DNA of 64,000 nucleotides from Zootoca vivipara (taxonomy: Eukaryota), in contig NC_083283.1 of the NCBI RefSeq assembly GCF_963506605.1, positions 16,554,001 through 16,618,000 on the forward strand, written 5' to 3'. This document shows positions 26,850-40,618 of the stretch, one piece after another. Within the stretch, counting starts at the first letter, position 1. The number at the start of each line of letters is the position of its first letter. The notes under the pieces are model-generated. The model saw nothing but the letters and a program-made list of their open reading frames with translations. It ran no database searches and had not been told where the DNA came from. The translations under genes were made by a program, and so were the position numbers.

Positions 26850-28178
26850 CTATGTTCTGGAGAACTCAGTACTTTTTTGTGGAAGCGCTTTCAGCTTCCT
26901 TGAACAGCCCCTTGGAAAAGGAACCCAACAATTCACTTCAACTTTTGCTTTAGGCAGAATTTCAGTGGCTTCCCCTGGTGCCAAAACAGCTCTTACTGCA
27001 TAGTGAGACACCTTCCTGGGGTTGTTTCCTCTCTCCCCAGTTACTTGAGCTGCAGCCCAGATCATCTGGAGTAGATGGTTATTACCACCCACAACTTTTT
27101 CCTTTGCTTGCTCTTGTTCCATGGGTTTTCAATCATATATATTAATGCAAAACTTTTGCCTCTCTCTCTTTCTCTCGTTCCAAAATGGTTATTATTTCCT
27201 AGCTTTGAGAGTGTAACTATGACTTAACTAATTTGTATTGAAAGGCATTCTCAGCTGTTGGGATTGAACCATAGCCACAGAAAGGGGCGGGGAGGCAAAG
27301 GCAGAGCTGGATTGCAGAGCTGTAATTCCTGGCTCCAGTGCATAGGTTCAGGCCACAGAGAACATCCCCAGTATTCCCAAGTATGATCTTTAAGAAGTGC
27401 TGAAGACAAGGGTTAGTGTAGGCATATGCGATCTTGGCAGAAGCCGTGTTTCACTTTATAGCAATGGCAAGCCGACTCTGTTCAATCTGTTTCCATTTGC
27501 TGGTCAAATTTCTTAAAGGTTCCCTTCAAAGGGGCAGCCAATGCTATTAGCATTACTCAGATCATTTCCTCAGTAGCTACTTTAGAGGATGATATATCAC
27601 TCCAGTCCTCGGTTTCCTTTCGTTTCGAGAGTGGGAAGAGATAGCTGAAAATTGGATTCTGGATTCCCTGATACCGGGCTACGGTGCAGGAATCAACCGC
27701 AGGACATGTTTCTTATGGAATTGCCATACATCACTGGGTAGACGGCTGTGGCCTACAAATAAAACAAACCATGCAATACACACAAATGGATGTAATAAAG
27801 CTCTGACTATTTGCAGTGGGGTGGGGTGAGGGACGGACGGACGGACGGACACACACACACCTCTGGAGGTGGTTGTGATTTTGAGCGAAGCAGCACACAC
27901 TTAACCTTTTTACCTTGCACCACGTAAACAGGCCTCCTCAAGCTGCATCTGGATCGCCACAGTAAGGAAAAACAGCTGGGGCAATATGTGTGGATGGGGA
28001 AACCTGTGGCCTTTCAATTGTCCTTGGACTCCAACTCCCATCAGCCCCCAAGCCAACGTGGCCAATAGTCAGTGATAATGGGAATTGTAGTCCGGCAATA
28101 TCTGGACTACAAACCTGATGTAGAGAAACAGGTAGGAGCACCTTGGTCTTCTGCTACTCCTCCACTCAGAACTGCAAC

Positions 28179-28356
28179 CAGGGCCGTCTCAAGCACGTCG
28201 GGCACCCTGGCGCCATGGTGCGGAGATCACTCCGGCGCCCCCCGCCCCGCTCCGTTTCTTGCCGCGGCTGGTGGGCGGGCACAGCACGCAGCATGATTTA
28301 CACGCTGCTCTGCTGTGCAGCGCCCCCCCCCCAGCCTACCCCTAGAGCCGGCCCTG
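28179..28356. mobile_element. GC-rich hAT MITE (CAGGGCC TIR family)
   Basis: TIRs plus 8-bp TSD actgcaac. Confidence 0.9.
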
Positions 28357-28489
28357 ACTGCAACTTCCAAAGATGACCTTTCTTTTTCTTTCTTCTCATT
28401 GCATTTCTATCTATCCTACCTTTCCCACAAGGAGCAAAAGGGGGAACACATTTTATAGTACACACATCTACAAAAAGCGTATACTTTCC

Positions 28490-28687
28490 CAGTGTTTTTC
28501 AACCTTTTTTGGGCAAAGGCAAACTTGTTTCATGAAAAAATTCACGAGGCACACCACCATTAGAAAATGTTAAAATTTTTAAACTCTGTGCCTATATTGA
28601 CTATATATAAAGTAATTCTCCCACGGCACACCAGGCAAGATCTCGCGGCACACTAGTGTGCCGCGGAACAGTGGTTGAGAAACACTG
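28490..28687. mobile_element. hAT non-autonomous element
   Basis: cagtgtttttcaacc / ggttgagaaacactg; 8-bp TSD tactttcc. Confidence 0.9.
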
Positions 28688-28889
28688 TACTTTCCCCTTA
28701 AAAAGATAGGAAATAGGTAGGATTCCCACCCCCGCAATGCCTCTTTCCAGCCCTTACTACAAGAAAACCTCTCAGAGGTGGCATTCATCAGACACTCTGA
28801 CTTCTCCTATTCCAGACAAATTTAACAGGCAGGTAAAAATGCATGTGTGACTTTTCCGTCTAGAAAGGGTTAAACCCAGTTTTCAAAGA

Positions 28890-28986
28890 TAATAACAATT
28901 TTATAATAACAATTTATTATTTATACCCCGCCCATCTGGCTGGGTTTCCCCAGCCACCCTGGGCGGCTTCCAACCGAATATTAAAA
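28890..28986 (-). mobile_element. Extreme 3' end of an L2 LINE
   Basis: ttataccccgcccatctggctggg...gggcggcttccaac, as in the other L2 copies. Confidence 0.8.
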
Positions 28987-29233
28987 CAGTGCTATAAGCA
29001 CACCCACCTGTGCGTTTCCGATTGCTTTTCAGTGGGGTTATATCACTCTGTTGCCTTTCATATTTCGCTATCTATCTATATTAGAAAGGTGGAATGAAAA
29101 GACTTAAAACCTATTTTTCTAGAATAAAAGCCCTAACTATGTAAGGGCGAATAACCAGAAGAAGAGAGTTTGTTTGAGAGCTAAGCCTGGGTCCCACTTA
29201 CCTGGAAGTAAACCCCATTTATCCATGGGACTT

Positions 29234-29580
29234 GGGACCCAGGTGGCGCTGTGGTTAAACCACTGAGCCTAGGGCTTGCTGATCAGAAGGTCGGCGGTTC
29301 GAATCCCTGTGACGGGGTGAGCTCCCGTTGCTTGGTCCCAGCTCCTGCCAACCTAGCAGTTCGAAAGCACGTCAAAATGCAAGTAGATAAATGGGAACCG
29401 CCACAGCGGGAAGGTAAACGGCGTTTCCATGTGCTGCTCTGGTTCGCCAGAAGCGGCTTTGTCATGCTGGCCACATGACCTGGAAGCTGTACGCCGGCTC
29501 CCTCGGCCAATAATGCGAGATGAGCGCGCAACCCCAGAGTCGGTCACGACTGGACCTAATGGTCAGGGGTCCCTTTACCT
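29234..29580 (+). mobile_element. Full-length Sauria SINE
   Basis: gggacccaggtggcgctgtggttaaacc head, box B ggttcgaatcc, ACCTTT tail; ~15-bp TSD ttatccatgggactt. Confidence 0.95.
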
Positions 29581-30068
29581 TTATCCATGGGACTTACTTC
29601 TGAGTAGACATGATGAGGATTGGATTGTAAGTGCTGAGCCTCTCCTAGCAGAACACCTTTCTTCCAGAAATCAAGGCTATGAGTTCGTTTTCTGACATTG
29701 GATTAAGAACTATGAGCGAGCAGAGCCTGACATCTGCAGTCCTCATCATAACTGTTCAGCATGGATGGAACGAGCCTTCCCACCCACCATGCAATTGAGG
29801 ATCAACACACAACTGAAAACTATGGCAAACTCAGTGCAAATTTTGGAAAGGAATAAAACAAAGCAAAAAACAAAACAAAACACACACACACACACACAAC
29901 GGGGCAATGAAGTAATTCTAAAACACCAGGTGCCATTTCAGAAGCAAGACCAGGTAATTTGACATTTGCAGACATGGAGAACTTTAGAAGCATTCCTAAA
30001 TAAGAATCGGTAAAGGAAGAACACAGATTTGGATAGCTGATTTGTGTACTAGCAGATATATACTAGCA

Positions 30069-30389
30069 CAGGCACGCCCAACAGGTAGATCGTGATCTAC
30101 CGGTAGATCACTGGACGTCTGTGGTAGATCACTGGTAGATCGCTGGCTCCCCCCAAACTTTAGCTCCCCTAAAAAAAGCTCAACAAGTTTGCCCTGCACC
30201 CCCAAAAATGTGTCTTTCCTCCTCCCGAAAAGGTCAACAACTTTGACCTGAACCCCCCCAAAAAACAGGGCTTTCCTCCTCCCTAAAAAGTTCAACAACC
30301 TTCACCTGAACCCACAAAAATGGGGTAGATCACTGCCAGTTTTTAACTCTGTGAGTAGATTGCAGTCTCTTGGGAGTTGGCCACCCCTG
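30069..30389. mobile_element. hAT non-autonomous element with gtagatc subterminal repeats
   Basis: caggcacgcccaac / gttggccacccctg termini; flanking actagcagatatatact repeated on both sides. Confidence 0.75.
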
Positions 30390-30882
30390 TGTAACTAGCA
30401 GATATATACTGCCTTCTGTTTCCTGCTCTAGTCCAAAAGGATGAAATAGACACAAATGGGATTTCCCAATCTGGGATCCGGGCTACACACATATAGCCCC
30501 AGATGTAAATCATCTGTTACGGGGGTGGGGGGAAGCTTTGGACCAAATCTAGTGTTCTGTTCCCCATTTGTTCCCCACACAGATTGGTACTATTAAAGGC
30601 GGTTAGCTTGGAGCTTTGCTCATGCAGTCCCTAATTATGAATTGGGATTCTAGCTTTGTAAAACACATGTATGCCATCTGTTTGTACGTATGTTTCCTCC
30701 TACAGGGTCAGGGCATGTGTGTCTAAGTGTGCAGTTATTTAGAGAGTGGACCAGCTTCCTAGAATTAAGCCAGTCTGCTTAACTGTAACATTGTCGTCTT
30801 TGAGTCTCAGTGTACAATGTTATGTCCTTGTTAACAACTGTGAGATTCACACTTTTGCACTTCTGATAAGAAATATGCTTGT

Positions 30883-30948
30883 ACAGTGGTACCTTGGGTT
30901 ACAGACACTTCAGGTTACAGACTCTGCTAACCCAGAAATAGTACCTCA

Positions 30949-31003
<55 letters not shown>

Positions 31004-31530
31004 TTTATTTATACCCCGCCCTCCCCAGTCAAAACTGGGCTCAGGGCGGCTAACACCAATAAAATTACAATAAAACATAAAAAGCAATTAATTAAAATAC
31101 AGATTAAAATACAATATTAAAATTTAAAATGCAGCCTCATTTTAAGTAAGTCCATAAATCCAAGCCATGAGGGAGGAAAACACAGGGGTCAGACTAAGTC
31201 CAACCCAAAGGCCAGGCGGAACAGCTCTGTCTTGCAGGCCCTGCGGAAAGATGACAAATCCCGCAGGGCCCTGGTCTCCTGTGAAAGAGCGTTCCACCAA
31301 TACTGGGGCCAGTACTGAAAAGGCCCTAGCCCTAGTAGAGGCCAATCTAGCCACCTTATGGCTCGGGATCTCCAGAGTATTGTTGTTTGTGGACCTTAAG
31401 GTCCTCCGCGTGGCATACTAGGAGAGGCGGTCCCTGTTAAGAACAGGATGAGAACAGAAATTGCGTGGTGGTGGCGCGGCGGCAGCAGGAGGCCGCATTA
31501 GCTAAAGTGGTACCTCAGGTTAAGAATGGA
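30883..31530. mobile_element. Tigger-like MITE split by an L2 insertion
   Basis: ta-cagtggtaccttgggttac at 30882; the MITE resumes with gttaagaac... at ~31436. Confidence 0.65.
30949..31435 (-). mobile_element. L2 LINE 3' fragment (different subfamily) with (AAT)n tail
   Basis: ARLASTRARAFSVLAP on the minus strand; (AAT)n at 30950-31003. Confidence 0.85.
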
Positions 31531-32369
31531 TTTGCATTCCAGCAGGTTCCCCTTTGACAGCCCACCAGTGCATCTCCTGATTAGGGAAGCATCCAGTTTG
31601 GACTGATTCTGCAAATGGCTGAGCAATCCTCCATCAATAATACCAGTGAACATGAACAAGAGTTCACCCGCTCACCTGGACAGCTGGTGCTGGCAACGTT
31701 CAGTCTTTCGAACTAGCTTGGAAAATAAATGGAACTTGTCAGCATGCCGTTCTAGCAGTGAGACTTTACAGATCTACTCTTTTGAATCCTGCACATTGTT
31801 GTTTATTCAAGACTTTCAACTGTCAAAACAAAGGGCCCAGCCACTGATTTAATGGAATTGATTTATTGATAGGAGGTGCAATTTCTATGTAAATAATGAT
31901 GTAACCCTCCAGAGGGTGGGTTATGAGTCCTGTTTCCAGCCACAGGTTTTACAGAGCCTGCTCGATCCAGGATTCCCAGTTGCTGGCTTTGCAACTCGTA
32001 CTGTAAACGTGTGTGGCTTTGATTGCAGCGCTAACTGGGAGTGAGGCCTAAATCATCGGCCTGTTTCCCTTTTTGGTCTCTTGTCACATCACAGAGATGA
32101 ATAAAGCCTTGCTAATGAGGAGGAGGACTGCAGTGAAAAAGGCAGCACACATATGCTGTCTTGCATTCTAGGAGTACTAGAACATGGCTCTGTTCCAATT
32201 GCTCTGATGTGCACAATGCTCTGCGTGGACCAGGATTTTTCTGTTCCTTTCTAGGGGATCCACACTAGCGATGGGGAAATTTTTGTTCCATGTGCCATGT
32301 GTTTCCTTGCAGAGAAGTGTACTGAGAGCCCTTGAATATGGGTGGAGCTTAGAACAGTTTCCCATGGCA

Positions 32370-32677
32370 TTGGACTACTGCAATGCTCTCTACATGGGGC
32401 TCCCTTTTGAAGGTGACCCGGAAACTGCAATTAATCCAGAATGCGGCAGCTAGACTGGTGACTGGGAGTGGCCGCTGGGACCACATAACACCGGTCCTGA
32501 GAGATCTACACTGGCTCCCAGTACGTTTCCAAGCACAATTCAAAGTGTTGGTGCTGACCTAAATGGCCTCGGTCCTGTATACCTGAAGGAGCGTCTCTAC
32601 CCCCATCGTTCAGCCCGGACACTGAGATCCAGCGCTAAGGGCCTTCTGGTGGTTCCCTCATTGCGAGAAGTGAGGTT
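32370..32677 (+). mobile_element. L2 ORF2 internal fragment
   Basis: LDYCNALYMGLP...QNAAARLVTG...DHITPVLRDLHWLPV. Confidence 0.9.
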
Positions 32678-32799
32678 CACTGCTCACTGTGCAAAGGTGG
32701 CATATAAATGAACGCAGTCGATCAATCTAAATCTCAAAAGCTGGTGCATCATATTCTCAGGTGCAAGTCCTTTGGCATGATTAGCGCCCTACAGGGTGC

Positions 32800-33020
32800 A
32801 GAGCCAGTGTGGTGTAGTGGTTAAGAGCGGTAGACTCGTAATCTGGTGAACCGGGTTCGCGTCTCTGCTCCTCCACATGCAGCTGCTGGGTGACCTTGGG
32901 CTAGTCACACTTCTTTGAAGTCTCTCAGCCCCACTCACCTTACAGAGTGTTTGTTGTGGGGAAAGAAGGGAAAGGAGAATGTTAGCCGCTTTGAGACTCT
33001 TTTGGGTAGTGATGAAGCGG
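32800..33020 (+). mobile_element. tRNA-derived CORE/MIR-like squamate SINE (Squam3-like)
   Basis: agagccagtgtggtgtagtggttaagagcggtagactcgtaatctgg...gctgggtgaccttgggctagtcac. Confidence 0.8.
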
Positions 33021-33225
33021 NNNNNNNNNNNNNNNNNNNNNNNNNNNNNNNNNNNNNNNNNNNNNNNNNNNNNNNNNNNNNNNNNNNNNNNNNNNNNNNN
33101 NNNNNNNNNNNNNNNNNNNNNNNNNNNNNNNNNNNNNNNNNNNNNNNNNNNNNNNNNNNNNNNNNNNNNNNNNNNNNNNNNNNNNNNNNNNNNNNNNNNN
33201 NNNNNNNNNNNNNNNNNNNNNNNNN
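33021..33225. other. 205-N gap
   Basis: N run at the 3' end of a SINE. Confidence 1.
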
Positions 33226-33704
33226 AGGACATTATTCCAAGCATGTAAACAGTTTCTTTGTGTGAGGCATGGTTCCCCCTCTCGTGGAATCAAGTCCTTC
33301 AAACAGTTCGGCAAGTTCTAAAACCCACACTTGAGTGACAGGACATGAGGAAAATAGTAAGAATGAATTTGCCACTGGGTGGACGTGAAGTGATTGCAGA
33401 ACCAGTAAGTGAGCACTTTCAACTCTCTTTGGACAACGTCCTAGAATTTAGAGGGGTGTGTGTGTGTGTGTGTGTGTTTAAAGCAGAAGCCTTGTGTTTT
33501 GAGAGGCGGAAAACCTGAGAAGGTGACAGCAGGGAAAGAAGCTATTTTGCAACTCATAAGACAAAAATGTCCCCTGCTTCTACTATTATATTTTGCAATT
33601 ATTTTCTGAAAAAACGGGGAGGGGGAGGGGGAATGCTATTTTAAGTGAGGCTCCTTCATTTTCTTGATTCTAGATTGTTTTGTGCTGACACTGCAAGGAT
33701 ATTT

Positions 33705-33706
<2 letters not shown>

Positions 33707-33746
<40 letters not shown>
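33707..33746. repeat. (TG)n microsatellite
   Basis: Read directly from the sequence. Confidence 0.95.
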
Positions 33747-33752
<6 letters not shown>

Positions 33753-34623
33753 GGTTATAAGTACTTTCAAATAAATAATGGGTGCTGAAACTGAGGTAAG
33801 ATAGAAAGAACAATCCTGTTTCACATGCAGTTTAAGTAATCCCTGTCGAAATGTTCCTGGAAAAGTGGGGGAGTATGAAAGGGTAGGGACCCTTTCAGAC
33901 GCCACATTCGCAAAGACCTATGGAACCCAGGAGATCCCTGAATGCTCAGGGGGATTTTCTGGCAGACATGGCTAATGATTCTGCTGAGGCCCCAGCCTCA
34001 CTACAGAAGGGTGAGCTGAGCAGTGAGAGTGATGAAGTTGCCCTCTTCATTGCTAAACAGCAAAGGCAGCTTCCTGGTTTTCTGGAGAACCGAGTGCAAT
34101 GAAGCAGGTAAAATGACGGCTGGAGCGCAGATGGCAGAAAAGATGTGCAACCACATTTGACAGTTTACATGCAGACCTAAGACAAGTTACTCGGAAGGAT
34201 AAGACAGTCCTGAGAGATGAACAGTGCGATCCTAACAGGTTCTACTCGGAAGCAATCCCACTGAATTAAATAGATTTACACCCGGGTTCATAGGATTAGT
34301 ATTGCAGCATTAGTAACTTCAGCTGGTGCTCCAAATACAAGGGAATAATCCCCTGAATTCTTATGGATACAGACAAATAAAATGCTCCCCCCAACCCCCC
34401 CCCCAAACATTTTAAAGTAACTCTCAGTAATATGGCTGGGTTAATTGACCCTTTCAAAAGAAGAAGTTTACAAGAGTTTAAAAGGAGGATAAATTACAGT
34501 TGGGGTTTTTCCCCCCTATGCTCTTTGTGTGAAGGGTGGTATACAAATTTTAACAACAACAACAATAATAAAGTGCTTATTAGGAAGACAGGGGAAAATA
34601 TTCAATATATATATATATTTAAG

Positions 34624-34970
34624 GGGCCATTATGTCATTGAACAGCTGCTACAAAAACTAAGGACTAATTAACTGGAATAGAGTTACTATCGTAGTCTTT
34701 TAATGATATTCTATTTGATTTACAGGGAAGATCCTTAAAAAATGCCTATATGGCATGTTGTCCCCCCCCCCCAACTGGGCACAGCAGCATCAAAAGTGAC
34801 TTCTGAGCATGCTCCGCCCAGTTCCAAAATGGCGGCAGCGCTACTTCCGGTATGCTACTTCCGGTCCGGTCCCTTATTTTTCAGAGAGGAATTTGGCAGG
34901 TATGCTTTCCCCACAATTTAAAGACAGCAGCTTCCACTCAATACAGTAGTGGCTGGTGGGGTAGAGTGGG
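34624..34970 (+). repeat. Composite local duplication of three downstream segments
   Basis: 34624-34737=34968-35079; 34747-34774=35241-35267; 34773-34970=36957-37154. Confidence 0.9.
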
Positions 34971-36742
34971 CCATTATGTCATTGAACAGCTGCTACAAAA
35001 ACTAAGGACTAATTAACTGGAATAGTTACTATCGCAGTCTTTTAATGATATTCTATTTGATTTACAGGGAAGATCCTTATAAAAGAAAACTGAATGATGC
35101 TGGTGTCAATGTACGCCCCAAAAGATAATCAAAAACTCTTTAATTTTTAAAAGAAAACTATTTGAGAATGTTAGGAGGGCAGAGGTTAATTAGATGAGTT
35201 TCCAGCAGTGTGATGGATAAATAATGGGCCACATCCTAAATATATGGCATGTTGTCCCCCCCCCCAAGTCAACCTTGATCAACAGTTTATAATTTAATTG
35301 ATACACAGAAGAGAATTAATGAAGGACCAAGAAATTTTACATCACTCTGACAGGACCAAACAATATGTGATGTTAATCATGTAGCAGGGTTTTTTTTTGA
35401 GGTGCGGTTGTTTTGGTAATACAAATTAAATGCTGCTGATCGTTGGAGCTTTCAATAATAATCAGGGTTTTGCGAGCCCCAAGGAGCAACTGATTTGCAG
35501 TGCTTGCGACCCCTGCTTTCGGCCCAGCTGTGTCTTCATCTACCCCATTCCTGACTTCATATATGACATCAGGCGTTGTGCAAGTGGCCATGGCTTGACC
35601 AGAAATCTCATAAGCCAAATGAGGAGCCCCCCCTGGCTGATGGTAAGGTTGCACAAGGCTGGCTTTTATCATCCCTTTTTATGTATGAATGGAGAACAAC
35701 CCAGTCAAGCAAAAAGTCAGGCTTCTCCATTGACTAGGAAAGTGCCTTAAAGTTTAATTCAACGTTACTTACACTTACAGCGAAAAAAAGGACAGAAATA
35801 AGCCGTTGTAAAACCAGTGAATACTTTTACCTCGTCTAAAGCCACTCTTGAGAGAGATTATACTAAGAAGATTACAAAAAATATGACATTGGTCATATTT
35901 TCCTCCTGGGCGCGTAGAAAACAAATACATCTTCGCTTTTTCCTCTCCTTCCTTTCCCACCCCACCCAACTCTTGGGGGAAAACTAGGTGTGTGTATATG
36001 TGTGTTTATATTACCACGAAGGCTTAGGTTGTCATTTCATTAAAGAGCATGATTGGCATAAGTTTGGGGAAACCTCCTTGCAGGCTTAATTCCATACTCT
36101 CAGGACAATGCTAATTTTTTCCAAATGCTACAGCTGGCACTATCTTTCTCAGTTAGCTAAGAGTTGTCTATTGTATTGGCTACTCACCAGATTTATGGTC
36201 TTTCTCAAGCAGACGGAAATGCTCATTTTTTCCAGTTTTCCAAAGGGTAATAAAACATTTGTCATTGATCTTAGTTCCCAGGTCCCTTGTGAGTCTGACA
36301 TAGGCCAAACCTTCTCACAGTTTTGTAAATGATGATATTTTAAGAGCCTGGCTTTCCTTTCAGGCTAATACAGGGACAAAGGGCCCTTGTATCGGGCACT
36401 GGACATAATATGTAATAAAGAGGAACATGCAGAGTAAATTCTCATGATAATGTTCTACAGCAGGCATCCCCAAACTTCGGCCCTCCAGATGTTTTGGACT
36501 ACAATTCGCATCTTCCCTGACCTAGGGATCGTGTAAGCAGCAAGGTTTCCGGGGCAAATGGTGTCTCGATTTTCAAAGGGAAATGGAGAAAAAACTCACT
36601 ACCTAAATTAAAACATCACCACTGCCACCTGTCTGTCTGCTAGCCTCTTTTGAAATGCCCTAAGATAAGGAGTTCTCTCTTCCCTGCCAGAATTAAGCTA
36701 ACCAATGGAATGAGCTTCAGCCTACCCATTACCTCCCTTTCC

Positions 36743-37088
36743 CATAGCTGCCAAGTCTCCTGTATTCCCCGGGAAACCCCCCTTTTTCCAGCTGTCCCCA
36801 GCCAAAAAAACAGATTTTTTTTGTTTCCCCCCGGTTTATTCTGGCGCGGCGGCCATTTTGGAACTGGGCGGAGCATGCTCAGAAGCGACTTTTGATGCTG
36901 CTCTGCCCAGTTCCAAAATGGCTGCAGCGCGACTTCTGGTGCGGTGGCCATTTTGGAACTGGGCACAGCAGCATCAAAAGTCACTTCTGAGCATGCTCCG
37001 CCCAGTTCCAAAATGGCGGCAGCGCTACTTCCGGTATGCTACTTCCGGTCCGGTCCCTTATTTTTCAGAGAGGAACTTGACAGGTATG
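36743..37088. mobile_element. hAT-type element with CATAGCTG/CAGGTATG TIRs and internal inverted repeats
   Basis: TIR catagctgccaagt / acttgacaggtatg; repeated ccattttggaactgggc / gcccagttccaaaatgg. Confidence 0.8.
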
Positions 37089-39056
37089 CTTTCCCCACAA
37101 TTTAAAGACAGCAGCTTCCACTCAATACAGTAGTGGCTGGTGGGGTAGAGTGGGGTGGGATGATTTTGCTTCTCTGTGTGGCGGTGACTGGCGGTAACTG
37201 AGAGGAGAGGAGCGTGGCACAGGGGAGGTTGCCATGGTTTGGCTTGTCATGAGTCTGAAGTGAGGGCTAGCTGGTGGCAAGGCAATTGACTCAATTATTT
37301 CAGTAGTTATATGTCAGTTGGTGTTGGGAATTGAAAAAATGCAGACAGGTATGAGAGGAGGAAGACGGTAAGTCAGTTGGCTGCTGATGTCATGGAGGCA
37401 CTTGAGGCTACACAGCCAGTCAGACTTCCTGTGCTTTCCCTCTTTGCAGTGCCTGGAGTGAATTTTCTCCATTCATTCCAGAAAGTGGTTCAGGAAGCGA
37501 AAGGTCATAATGCTAGACAGTCTTGGCTTTTTACTCGATACAGAGAGGCTTGTACACACACAAAAGGGAGGGGAATGTTAAGCTCTTCAAATGCAGTGCA
37601 AAAAAGTGCAATTCTAAATATAAGATAATTCAAATATCTGGTTATCTGGTGACCCCAATGCCAGTAATGCTGGCTGAGGCTGATGAAAACTTAGCCCAAA
37701 GATTCTGGAGGTATGAAGTTAGCTACTTCTGGATAATACAATACTGAGCTACATGGACCCAACAGTCTGGCACAATATAAAGCAGTTTCCTGTGTTTTTA
37801 TATCAATGCTGATATCAAGGTGAGGGACAACAAAAGGTAGGCTTTGGGAGGAAGTTAATCCACACGAGACCATAGTGAATTGATAAATGTCTGCCTATTG
37901 CTCTGTTAACCATGGATGTCTTCTAATATTGGGCTTAAATTGTTATTGGAATGTTATCATTTTAATGTATCGCTATTTAGACTGCAAACTACACTGAGAA
38001 CATAACTGACAAAGGGTAGTATATAAATCGGACTAATAAACAAAACACATAATAAAATAATAAGCCCACCAATTTTATATAAAAAAACCCAGCTCATCAA
38101 AAGAAAAACAAATAAGCAGAAAGAAAAGCAGTTAAGATAGCCTGCTACATAGATAGGGATGAATCATTAAAACCGAAAAGGTTTAATCGTGCCAACCATG
38201 ATTGCTCTCCTTTGGGCACAGTACTCCATAGCTTTTAAGAAAAGGACTTAAAAACAACACCAGGTTTTTTGGTGGGGGACGGGGGGCGGTCAGAAATCCC
38301 ACACACAATCCAACAGGTTGATTTCCCCCCTGAGAATAAAGCCCCTGAAATGCAAACATAATTCTGTTTAAGAGTAATCACGATGGGATGGAAAATGACA
38401 GAAACAGAGATTCAAGGTTGATGTTTGTGTACTTAGCTCATGCTGAGCACGGATTCCTTACTTGGAAACAGGCAGGGCATGAGCGGGTTAATGATGGGTT
38501 TCTTGGAGATCCAAAATGCATCTGTTCTCATTGCCTTTTCTTTTTTAAAAAAACCACACACAACATAATTCATAGACATGATTTATAGAACGAACTACAT
38601 CAGTCCAAATTTCTGTGTTCCAATATTCCTGCCAATTTATATTACAGCTCTAATTAACTATATATCATGACATGCTGTTTCAGCGAAGTCCGGAGGAAAA
38701 TGTCTGCCCTCTATCAACCTGGCCTGATGATGTGGTTATGGAATAACATTCAACTAATGAGTGGGGGGCATTGGGACCTCCAGCAAACGTTTGAGGGAAA
38801 AAAAAGGATGCTTTCTGATGGTGAGTGTGTCCAGGTAACGGATGCTTATGTTCCTGATTGGACTGTATCCCGGAGTTGAGGGACCTTTTTCTGCCTGAGG
38901 GCCACATTCCAGGGGTCATTTTTCAAGCCGTGTATTAACTTGAAGCTCCAGGCGATTATGGAGGGCCACCTGTTTTCATCAATGGATACTTTAAAGCTAC
39001 TCTGCAGTATAAGTGTCACACTGAATAAAGTAAAATATACTTGAAAAGAAAGCAGA

Positions 39057-39176
39057 TTCAGGTAGGTGTTGATCTGACGCAGTCGAAATAAATTTAAAAA
39101 TTGTCCAGTAGCACCTTAGAGACCAACTAAGTTTGTTCTGGGTATAAGCTTTCGTGTGCATGCACACTTCTTCAGA
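39057..39176 (-). mobile_element. Penelope-like pLTR fragment with hammerhead core
   Basis: Reverse complement is tctgaagaagtgtgcatgcacacgaaagcttatacc...ctaaggtgctactgg. Confidence 0.85.
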
Positions 39177-40259
39177 AAAGAATGCAGTTTCTGTAATAGG
39201 ATAGAATCATCAATGAGATCCCCATGTGATTTTAAATATGATCTGCATACCTCCCCCCTCCAAAACATGCACCCTGAGTGTATCCACATATAATTCTGCA
39301 GGCTTAATCTATTTGCTATGCCTGAAAATTTCATCTACTTCTTGTTGATGATGTAAGTTCAAAGTACATAAAATGATGTGTTTGGAGAAGTGTACCTTAA
39401 GTGAGAGGTTGCACTCTGGGTGAAAGCGGAAGGCTGGTGATTTTCCATTTCACTGAGTTAAACTATCTGATGACTCATTGCAGGAAACCTGAGCTGTAGC
39501 TGTTTCAGCAGGAGAGGAAACTCTATAAGGCAGTGATGGCTAGCAGTAGCAGAGAAACTCTGCAATGATAAACAAGCTTAGTATCTCTCTCTGGGACCAG
39601 AGAGAGGAAAGCTTACTGAACAGCATAAAGGACTAGACTGCATTGTTTGTTTGCAATGATGTGTTGCTTTGTTATTTTGTTCATGTAACGTTGACTTGTA
39701 AACTAGTTTTAAGACTGTTCTGCAGTAAAGCTTTGAAACACATTCTTGGCATGAAAATCTTGTTAAACTATACAAAAGGCCCAGATCAGGGATTCCGCTG
39801 AACAACTCTAACACTTCTGTGTAAAAGGAAAAATGTAATAGACGTTTTTAGATGTCTCATTATTTATTTACTTATTAGGGGTGGAATTCAATGCTACACT
39901 AGGTTTGGTTTGTTTGCCAGATAGAACGACACCCCTCTCCTCCCACTGTGTGCTGCACTGCAGGGTTTCCCAACCTCCCCAAGCCAATTTCATGGGGCAC
40001 ATGGGAGAGGTGGGAGTAAAGCCCAATGGTGCAATTGGACATCTTTGTATAAGCAGTGAATCCTGCCCTAGATTTCATCAAGAGATCCTTGGGTGGGTTT
40101 CATCATAAGATCCTTGGGTGGGTTACAACAATAGAACCATACAATTATAGAAAGTAAAACAGTTCCAAACAAAAACAGAACAGTATAGATTAAACAAAAC
40201 AGATGGTTTCCGCAAAACAAAATACAGATCTGATTTGGTCCTGTGTAGAGAGTCAGATT

Positions 40260-40618
40260 GGGACCCAGGTGGCGCTGTGGTTAAACCACTGAGCCTAGGG
40301 CTTGCTGATCAGAAGGTCGGCAGTTCGAATCCCTGTGATGGGGTGAGCTCCTGTTGCTTGGTCCCAGCTCCTGCCAACCCAGCAGTTCGAAAGCACGTCA
40401 AAATGCAAGTAGATAAATAGGAACCGCTACAGCGGGAAGGTAAACGGTGTTTCCATGTGCTGCTCTGGTTTGCCAGAAGCGGCTTTGTCATGCTGGCCAC
40501 ATGACCTGGAAGCTATACGCTGGCTCCCTCGGCCAATAATGCGAGATGAGCATGCAACCCCAGAGTCGGTCACGACTGGACCTAATGATCAGGGGTCCCT
40601 TTACCTTTACCTTTTTAA
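40260..40618 (+). mobile_element. Full-length Sauria SINE
   Basis: Near-identical to the 29234 copy; TSD agagtcagatt. Confidence 0.95.

Noticed and set aside
34624-34970. Spliced retrocopy of a local transcript
   Set aside because: The skipped segments are not bounded by GT...AG, and there is no poly(A) or TSD; microhomology junctions favour template switching
40083-40124. 17-bp direct repeat agatccttgggtgggtt
   Set aside because: Small local slippage duplication with no element between the copies
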